The notes under the pieces are model-generated. The model was not told the DNA's origin. It was given only the letters and a program-made list of their open reading frames with translations, and searched no databases. This document shows, one piece after another, positions 55,071 through 62,149 of a DNA stretch of 64,000 nucleotides. The translations under genes were made by a program, and so were the position numbers. Source of the stretch: an uncultured bacterium (GTDB lineage Bacteria > Verrucomicrobiota > Kiritimatiellia > RFP12 > UBA1067); NCBI GenBank assembly GCA_902775595.1, contig CACYNF010000001.1, forward strand, positions 15,165 to 79,164. The letters run 5' to 3'. Numbering within the stretch: the stretch's first letter is position 1; each line of letters opens with the position of its first letter.

Positions 55071-55813
55071 GTTATTATAGAAAAATGCGTCTCAGACTTC
55101 AGCAGCCTTTTCAAGCGATTCTGAATACCGCCAATCGTCATCAGTATCTGCGGTTCGAAGATGTTCGCGGGGATATTGTCGTGAATCGTGCAGACGATCT
55201 GCCGCGCAGGGCCGTCCTCCGTCACAAAGGCGGCCTCTCGTCTCGCCCACTGCATGACATTGACCATCGGTCCGCTTTTGACTTCAAACAGATAAAACCG
55301 CTTCTCGATCTGGACGACCAAGTCCATTTCGGTGAACAAGTCCGACTCACCCTTCCGCGTTAACTTGACATTCTGAAACATCTTGTATGCGAGATGATTG
55401 TCCGTGCAGAACTTCCACACCACCGTGGAAATTGCATAGCGGAAGCATTGTTCAGCCCACATCGAGCGGAAGAAGCGCAACTGATGTTCGTTCGAAGGAA
55501 GCTGCACGGAAAAATCACTCTTCTTGTGCGTCCACTCTGTCGCATATCCAATCTTTTCCAGTTCCAAGAGAAAGTTCCGCAAATGTCCACTGTCCTCGGC
55601 ATTCGGCACATGAAACTCGAATGTGCGCTTCTTTGCATTTACCTCCACTGCCAGCTTCGTCAGGAACGGCAGCAACACCCGCTTGTTCCTGAATATCTGC
55701 CGCGCCAGCTTGTAATCCTCGCCCGGCTGCTGGCTGACCTCTTCCTCATTGGCGATCTCGAACCCTCTCTCGCCAACGAACACCGCAAACGCTTTTGTCA
55801 GTTTAGTTGCCAT
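55067..55813 (-). CDS. PD-(D/E)xK nuclease-fold protein, Card1/DUF1887-like C-terminal domain
   Basis: 248 aa: FFRSMWAEQCFRYAI (compare GxWLEEYV) and TEMDLVVQIEKRFYLFEVKSG (D...E-x-K). I do not recognise the N-terminal ~100 aa. Confidence 0.55.
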   Translation of the reverse strand: MATKLTKAFAVFVGERGFEIANEEEVSQQPGEDYKLARQIFRNKRVLLPFLTKLAVEVNAKKRTFEFHVPNAEDSGHLRNFLLELEKIGYATEWTHKKSDFSVQLPSNEHQLRFFRSMWAEQCFRYAISTVVWKFCTDNHLAYKMFQNVKLTRKGESDLFTEMDLVVQIEKRFYLFEVKSGPMVNVMQWARREAAFVTEDGPARQIVCTIHDNIPANIFEPQILMTIGGIQNRLKRLLKSETHFSIIT

Positions 55814-55856
55814 GTCATTCTCCTCTCAGCAGCCTTCCGACCTTTGAATGGTGTCT

Positions 55857-57329
55857 TTACTTTCCAGCATTACCGTTGATAAATTCTTCATAATAAGTGG
55901 TAATTCCCCATCGGAAATCAGAGCAGCCCAACACACCTCTGCGTATGATTTCAGGAGAAACGCCGCACTTCAACAGAACCATTCCCATCATAAAACCCTC
56001 AAGCCAAAAATATGCTGACAGATACATCTTATCGTGTATGAGCGCCTTACTCTCTGAATGGGCAAACCCGTCACGTCGAGTTCGAAGATAATTTGTGTAC
56101 GCCAACCATGCATTGTCATTATCAAGATGAAAGAATGCGCACTTCATATTAAGTCGCGCCAAATCAAACAGCTCCTGAATCTTTGGAGGCTTAAACTTCA
56201 GTCGCCTGTAAAGCCAGTCCTTCAACTCCGGTTTGCTCCCCAACATTGCCAAGACATTGTCTGCATTGGTTTTGTGAACTTGATACCCCGGCATCTCTTC
56301 TCGCTTAAGGTTCAAATCCTCTCCATACAAATTGCGCGCCAAACCCTCAAACATAAAAACGAGCTCCGGAACGCCGCCATATGGGACTGCCGTCTGCCCT
56401 AATCTAAAATAAACAAGGCGCCCACAAATCCCTTCAATTTCATCATTCAACTTGAAATAGTTTTCCACAATACGCGGCAGTTCTTTTTCAACCACATCGT
56501 ATGGAACAAATATATCTTCTCGCTTTAACGGCGTCAACAGCTTCTGCGGCAAAGGCCTTCTATTTAGGTGCCAAGCAACACCTGCTGTTTTCATCGTTCC
56601 GCTCAATGGATAATCAGCCCTTCCACATCGACCATAATGCGTAGCATTCTTCCCAATCAACAGTCCAAAGAAGGAATTCAGACGGTGCTCATAATACTCG
56701 TAGCATCCCGTCTCACCATAATAGGGGAGCAACCCTTTTTTCGACTTAATAAAAACACACGGCTCATGACGCATCGTTTTCCGACTCGTTCCCTCCATTA
56801 TCGACTGAACTGGAAGAAATGCCAAATAAACACGGACGAAGGCATCCTCAAATATCAGTCGATGAGGCTCAACATGCTTTGACTTGCCGTCCTTTGGGCT
56901 GAAACATCCTCGATTCAACCATACATTCAAATTGCTAATGCCAAATGCATAAGACTCAAATGCAATATCTTCAGCAGAATCAAACCCCAAATCTCCAACC
57001 CACATTTCAATAAAACCAAGCTCTGCCGATTCAGTCCCCAACCCAAATCCTCGGCTCATCAGGCTCTGATGCTCAAGACACTTAAGTAATGCTACATGAC
57101 GTACTGGATGAACACACCCGCGCACAAAACCATCAAAATCTTTCGTTTCCCCCGGGTAGCCGAACAATCGCAGCGATGCGCCATCTTCTCCATGAGAAAA
57201 CGCGACCACCCCAGAAGCTTTCGTCTCTGTTCCCGGTCGCCACCAATATCCGCTCGCCCGAAAAGGTTTGAACTCATCATCCAAGCTCACAATCGCGCCA
57301 GCAACTTCATGCTCTTCTTCATCATCCAT
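55857..57329 (-). CDS. ApeA-like HEPN-domain defence protein
   Basis: 490 aa. The N-terminus is ApeA_NTD-like (FRASGYWWRPGTETKASGVVAFSHGEDGASLRLFGY). The C-terminal HEPN motif R-x4-H is in LRTRRDGFAHSES. GAGGAGG lies upstream of the ATG. Confidence 0.6.
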   Translation of the reverse strand: MDDEEEHEVAGAIVSLDDEFKPFRASGYWWRPGTETKASGVVAFSHGEDGASLRLFGYPGETKDFDGFVRGCVHPVRHVALLKCLEHQSLMSRGFGLGTESAELGFIEMWVGDLGFDSAEDIAFESYAFGISNLNVWLNRGCFSPKDGKSKHVEPHRLIFEDAFVRVYLAFLPVQSIMEGTSRKTMRHEPCVFIKSKKGLLPYYGETGCYEYYEHRLNSFFGLLIGKNATHYGRCGRADYPLSGTMKTAGVAWHLNRRPLPQKLLTPLKREDIFVPYDVVEKELPRIVENYFKLNDEIEGICGRLVYFRLGQTAVPYGGVPELVFMFEGLARNLYGEDLNLKREEMPGYQVHKTNADNVLAMLGSKPELKDWLYRRLKFKPPKIQELFDLARLNMKCAFFHLDNDNAWLAYTNYLRTRRDGFAHSESKALIHDKMYLSAYFWLEGFMMGMVLLKCGVSPEIIRRGVLGCSDFRWGITTYYEEFINGNAGK

Positions 57330-57350
57330 TGCAACATCCTCCTCTAAGCG

Positions 57351-57670
57351 TCACAAACATACCCCACACTCCGCCCACACCGCACCAAGTTCATTCGCCA
57401 CATCTTCTAATGTCTTTAGTCCCTGCACCCAGCGCGGATTACGCAAGAATCCATATTCATCCAACAAGACGCCCTTATCTCCAAAAGAAAAAGCATGCTC
57501 GTGATGAACCATCCGAGCATCTACTTTTGAAGTCTCTATCAAATATCGTTCCACACCATTTCCCACTCGATCTTCACCAAATCGTCAAACAACTGCTTGC
57601 AGTTTTCCTGCTTCCAGTCATAGTTTCGCTGATAGACAGGAATGACGAATCGCTTCTTCGATCCGTCCAT
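57351..57670 (-). pseudogene. DUF262 (GmrSD/ParB-like nuclease family) remnant
   Basis: My own translation from ATG 57670 gives MDGSKKRFVIPVYQRNYDWKQENCKQLFDDLVKIEWEMVWNDI*, which contains the IPxYQRxYxW signature. It stops after 43 aa. The adjacent 71-aa ORF (57351-57566) is out of frame and lacks the DGQQR motif. Confidence 0.55.
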
Positions 57671-57762
57671 AAACTCCACTAATCTTGTCTCGTTGCCTTT
57701 CACAAGGAAAACACCTCAATTAATCACGTGCTAAATTGACACCCGTAAGAAGCCCACAAGGC

Positions 57763-58554
57763 TTATTGACAAATTATGTCATACAACTCTTGCAAATCTG
57801 CAGGAATACGATTGTTAACTCTTTGATATTTGGCAATCGACACCGCAAAATCGCGAAGCGACACTTTATCTGCAAAGGCACGTTGCCGAACCTGACCGAA
57901 CAACTCCTTGCCCGGAAATGTCTGCGTCCACATTCCATCATTCAAATTAGACGTGTATCGCATAACTGTAACATGGACCTTTTCTGCGATAGCATCTTTC
58001 GTCAGAGTCTCCTTGGATCGGTCCGTCATTGTGGCCACCCAATTTGCATTCACGATGTATTCACAGGCCTCTTTCTCACTTTTTAAGGAGAACACAGAAG
58101 GATGCTTCGGGAAGTCATCGAAAAATGTCTTGCGAAGATCAGCAATCACATCACAACAGGCGACCGAGTAAACCATTTGACCAGCAATCGCTTTAAGTTC
58201 ACTTTCAAAATCAAATCGAGTATTGGCGGACGCCTTCTCGCATGCTTTCATTGAAACAGCATCAATCAAATAATTCTCTATTTCATGACATGTACCACGG
58301 AAAATCTCCGTTCCTTCTTCATGCCACTTGTCGTGGTTGTCTCGCCCGAAATCCTTATCAATCAGTCCGTATGCGTTCACGCCAGCATGCTTTCGCTCAA
58401 ACGCAACAATGCCCTTGACCGCATGAACACATCCAGCAACCCGTACCTCAACCGAACCTGAATCAAAGACAAAAAGCTCCTTCAGGTATTCTGCCGTCAG
58501 TTCATCCTCCACATAGAGGCGTGCCTTGTATCCCCGCGCCCCAAATCCACTCAC
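57763..58554 (-). CDS. DUF4435 / TOPRIM (OLD-family-like) protein, AriB-like
   Basis: 263 aa: LYVEDELTAEYLKELF, GLIDKDF and CHEIENYL. The GTG start overlaps the ATPase stop (GTGA), with GGAGG 8 nt upstream. Confidence 0.75.
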   Translation of the reverse strand: MSGFGARGYKARLYVEDELTAEYLKELFVFDSGSVEVRVAGCVHAVKGIVAFERKHAGVNAYGLIDKDFGRDNHDKWHEEGTEIFRGTCHEIENYLIDAVSMKACEKASANTRFDFESELKAIAGQMVYSVACCDVIADLRKTFFDDFPKHPSVFSLKSEKEACEYIVNANWVATMTDRSKETLTKDAIAEKVHVTVMRYTSNLNDGMWTQTFPGKELFGQVRQRAFADKVSLRDFAVSIAKYQRVNNRIPADLQELYDIICQ

Positions 58555-60269
58555 AGTACACCTCCCTTCAAGAAGAAACGCTGCGATTCATAGACCGAGT
58601 TCCAGATGTCTTCGGAATGTGTCGCCACCACAAACTGCGATTTGGGAGAAACTTCAAGCAAAACAGGCAACAACAGCCGATGCCACACCTGATTCAAGTG
58701 CAACTCCGGCTCATCCATGAACACAAAGTCATACGGACGGCTTCTAAGTTCCTGTTCGAGTATCAACGCAGCAATCAGGCAGAACAACTCAATTTCTCCT
58801 GAACTGAGCGCGTCCACAGGAATCGGTTTTTCGACGTCTTTCTTCCGCAAAAAAATGTCGAACTTCATCTCACCGGCAATGTCCGCCAAGAACTCCATTT
58901 CCTCATCTGGATAAAACCGCCGCCAAGCCTTGTTCAACCGCTCGAACACCTTCTTGACCGTGTCAGCCATACCCTTGCCGGATGCGTAGCCCGCATATCC
59001 TTGAAGATTCACAAGCATTTGCTTGATGTCCGCAAGATTGTTTTCACCGGACGACACCGTCTGCACAGGATCACCGTTCCCCATCGTCATGCCAAGCCCC
59101 CCAACCAATCTTGGCGCACGCCATGACGAGAGATAGTACATCTTAAGTTTCCGCAACGCCTGAATATCCTCAATGGGCATCGGCAATGCCTGTGACTTCC
59201 CCTTCCCAGTCACAGTGGCATAGAATCCTTTGTTCGCGACATTGGACAGGCGAATCAAATCTCCATTCTCTTCACGAACCAGTTCTATGGAAACTTCACC
59301 CAACGCTGACCCTCGCACATCCTGACGAACGATATTTTGGTACGCCGGATTAAGCGTACTCATGCACGCCTCCAGAACGCTTGTCTTTCCGCTGCCGTTC
59401 AACCCTGCCAAAACACACATGCCATTGGCATCGTGCAAATCAATGTCAACCGACCGAATCGCTCGGTAATCCCTGATTTGAATTCGCGATATCTTCATTG
59501 GACCCAGCTCCTTTGCCTCACCACTTGACCTTGAAAACCGTTTCCTGTCCGTCTCCGCATGTGTCAGCAATTCGGATTCATCCAGCTCCCGCCCGTAAAT
59601 CCGAATGGCATGGATTGTCCCGATAAAACCATTGCTGAACTGCGCCAATTTTGATTTACCTAATCTGACATTATTGATGTATGCTATATCACGATGTTCA
59701 GCCGGGTATGCAGCGCAAAAAATCACCGTACCGTTTACGATAACGCGGAGCAACCGATACTGTCCAGAAATCGACACGCTCAAATGTACCAACGCATCCG
59801 TGGGGACACGTTCAAAACGGCTAATGGCAGATGGCAATGATCCCGCAACCAACGATCCATCACCCCGGCCATACAGCCCATGCTCACTAAAAGGCCCGAC
59901 ATCATGCGCCGACACTATCGAAAACATTCGCGCTTTTGCGGAAATCGTCAGTGCATACTCAATTGTAAAGCCGGTCCTATCTGCTGCATTATAGGCATCA
60001 ATCACATCGCGGAACTGATTAACATCCGTAACCGACATTGATGCCCGTCCATCGAAAAAAGCACCGTTATCAAACCAAGAGACACTCCCCTCGTTGATTG
60101 AAGCACTTCGGCCTTCATGGGCCAAGTCCGCCCATGTTGTCGCATTCAAACTTGTTTGATTCTTAGCGACGTTACAAACACCATCAAACCAAAGCAATAA
60201 TTTGTCGGCGGAATACACATCCTTTTTGGGTTTCGCCGCCCACATCGCTCCACGAGCTCCTATCAGCAT
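58551..60269 (-). CDS. LamG/ConA-like domain fused to an ABC/SMC-type ATPase (AriA-like)
   Basis: A single 572-aa frame. Residues ~20-250 are LamG_3-like (LLLWFDG, FTIEYALTIS, LVHLSVSISGQYRLLRVIVNGTVIF, NGFIGTIHAIRIYGRELDESELL). Residues ~255-572 are the ATPase (MKISRIQIRDYRAIRS, GLNGSGKTS, LSSGEIELF, FVFMDEPELHLN, VATHS). Confidence 0.75.
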   Translation of the reverse strand: MLIGARGAMWAAKPKKDVYSADKLLLWFDGVCNVAKNQTSLNATTWADLAHEGRSASINEGSVSWFDNGAFFDGRASMSVTDVNQFRDVIDAYNAADRTGFTIEYALTISAKARMFSIVSAHDVGPFSEHGLYGRGDGSLVAGSLPSAISRFERVPTDALVHLSVSISGQYRLLRVIVNGTVIFCAAYPAEHRDIAYINNVRLGKSKLAQFSNGFIGTIHAIRIYGRELDESELLTHAETDRKRFSRSSGEAKELGPMKISRIQIRDYRAIRSVDIDLHDANGMCVLAGLNGSGKTSVLEACMSTLNPAYQNIVRQDVRGSALGEVSIELVREENGDLIRLSNVANKGFYATVTGKGKSQALPMPIEDIQALRKLKMYYLSSWRAPRLVGGLGMTMGNGDPVQTVSSGENNLADIKQMLVNLQGYAGYASGKGMADTVKKVFERLNKAWRRFYPDEEMEFLADIAGEMKFDIFLRKKDVEKPIPVDALSSGEIELFCLIAALILEQELRSRPYDFVFMDEPELHLNQVWHRLLLPVLLEVSPKSQFVVATHSEDIWNSVYESQRFFLKGGVL

Positions 60270-60286
60270 AAGATCCCCTCCTTACA

Positions 60287-62146
60287 TTACAACACCACCT
60301 CAGTCTCGTCGCCGCAGATGTTGCGGAGGCGGAGGCGGAGGGGCTTCTTGGAACAAGCGATGGTGCCGTTCCAGTATTTGTTGGTCTTGGTTCCGTTGAG
60401 CCGGACGAGTCCAAACTTGTCGATCAGGATCTCCGCGTCGGAATGCCATGCTCCGGTCTTGCGGGTGCAATCGACCGAAATGGACTCGATCATCTCCAGT
60501 CCCGTCTCGGAGACCTTGATCTCCTTGAACTTCTTGCCGGGCTTTTGATTCAGGAAGCAACGCTCGTTGAACTCGGCGATTCTGCCGCGAACGCGATCCG
60601 AATCGAACTTCTCAATCGTGATGAGATACTTGTTGATCAAATCGTCCTTGTTGTCGCCGATGGAGTATTCAACCGTGTCGTTGACAACCACATCGCCCAG
60701 CACGGATTTGAGGTCGCGCAACTCCACTTTGATCAACGACGTGTCATCTTCCTTGATGATCTTGTTGACTTCTTCCTGGTCGATCTCGATGTAATAGACA
60801 ATGACCTTCTTCGTGCCAGACGGCAAATCAGGCATCGCCTCATGCAAAATCCGGAACATGAGCGGAGCATCCAACACGCGCGTGGTTGAATCCATCAAGT
60901 TCGGAACATAAACAGGAATCATCCCCAACTTGGAATCATGGATCGCCCCTTCCCAGAACGAATCAAGCGCATCCTCATTGCGCAAACCGGGAATAAGTGA
61001 CTTGATTTTATCCATCGTCTGAACTGGATTGCGATAGAGCTGAACTCCATCTTGCACGTCAAGGCATTTGAATGAAGTACCATCAATGGCGCACAACCGA
61101 TCGCGCGTCGTCTGTACCGAGTTGAGACCCACATCAGCATGGATGAACCGCCGCCCCAACTTCGCCGCAGCTGCTGCAGTCGTACCACTCCCACCAAAGA
61201 AGTCTGCGACAATCATCCCCGCATCAGAAGACGCGTTGATTATTCGCTCCAGCAAAGCCTCTGGTTTTTGCGTGGCATAATCAACAGGCTCTTCCTTGTC
61301 GGCTGGCTGCAACATGGACATACGCCACACATCATCAACAGTATACTCATCAGATTCAATGTAAATCACCTTTCCATTCTCATCCTTAGCATTGACAAGC
61401 TTCTGTTCCTCCTTGCTCCAAACACGCTTGATTTGCTTGACCTTTTCAGCTCGCTTTTCCTGAATTGGAGAGAACCTGAACTTATCCCCCTTACAGTAAA
61501 CATAAATTACATCATGATTCGATGCAAATCGCTTCACATTCCCTTGCATCTTATTGTAGTAATGCCAGATAATCTCATTAACAAAATTGTCCTCGCCAAA
61601 AATCTCGTCCATCAGCACTTTCACATAATGACCGATGTGCCAATCAAGATGCACATAGATAGATGCAGTATCGCTCATCACCGATTTGATGGCGCAGAGA
61701 TTCTCATACATCCAGTTGAGATACTTCTCCTTCTCCCACACGTCGCCGTACATCTTTTCCTCAAAGGCGGCGAGACGGTCGTCATCGATCTGTTCGCCCT
61801 CTTCGACCTTGCCAGACTTGCCCTTAAGCGGATTACGCCGGAGATAGACTTTCTTCGCGTAGTCCGCGCCGGACGCAAACGGCGGATCAATGTAAACAAG
61901 GTCAACCTTGACCCCCTTATCCTTCAGGTAGGCGCATGCGCTCAGGCATTCGCCGCGGATCACGAGATTGCCTGTCTTGGCATCCGTACCGACCTGCTCC
62001 TTCAGCTCCATCTCATAACGCGGCATGCCACGGCGAATACGGTCCTTGACCTTGTCATCGCCGTAATAGCGCAACGTACGCGTGAAATTGAGAATCGCCT
62101 GTCCCTTGACCGGATCGGGTGTAAAAGGTATGAATTTCGCGCTCAT
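60287..62146 (-). CDS. Type III-like DNA methyltransferase (Mod; beta-class N6A/N4C MTase) with a long C-terminal extension
   Basis: Motif IV is DLVYIDPPFASG and motif I is ADFFGGSGTTAAAA, in beta-class order. About 280 aa follow motif I. ATG 62146 has AAGGAG upstream; the track start 62149 is GTG. Confidence 0.8.
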   Translation of the reverse strand: MSAKFIPFTPDPVKGQAILNFTRTLRYYGDDKVKDRIRRGMPRYEMELKEQVGTDAKTGNLVIRGECLSACAYLKDKGVKVDLVYIDPPFASGADYAKKVYLRRNPLKGKSGKVEEGEQIDDDRLAAFEEKMYGDVWEKEKYLNWMYENLCAIKSVMSDTASIYVHLDWHIGHYVKVLMDEIFGEDNFVNEIIWHYYNKMQGNVKRFASNHDVIYVYCKGDKFRFSPIQEKRAEKVKQIKRVWSKEEQKLVNAKDENGKVIYIESDEYTVDDVWRMSMLQPADKEEPVDYATQKPEALLERIINASSDAGMIVADFFGGSGTTAAAAAKLGRRFIHADVGLNSVQTTRDRLCAIDGTSFKCLDVQDGVQLYRNPVQTMDKIKSLIPGLRNEDALDSFWEGAIHDSKLGMIPVYVPNLMDSTTRVLDAPLMFRILHEAMPDLPSGTKKVIVYYIEIDQEEVNKIIKEDDTSLIKVELRDLKSVLGDVVVNDTVEYSIGDNKDDLINKYLITIEKFDSDRVRGRIAEFNERCFLNQKPGKKFKEIKVSETGLEMIESISVDCTRKTGAWHSDAEILIDKFGLVRLNGTKTNKYWNGTIACSKKPLRLRLRNICGDETEVVL

Positions 62147-62149
62147 CAC

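Noticed and set aside
57351-57566. 71-aa ORF as an independent gene
   Set aside because: It has no recognisable family. It directly follows, out of frame, a DUF262 N-terminal stub, so it is most simply the frameshifted or deleted continuation of that pseudogene.
58551-60269. Reading the LamG part and the ATPase part as two separate genes
   Set aside because: There is no in-frame stop between them in the 572-codon frame, and a good SD and ATG exist only at 60269. An additional internal start at MKISRIQ (about 59508) cannot be excluded and is flagged in the finding.
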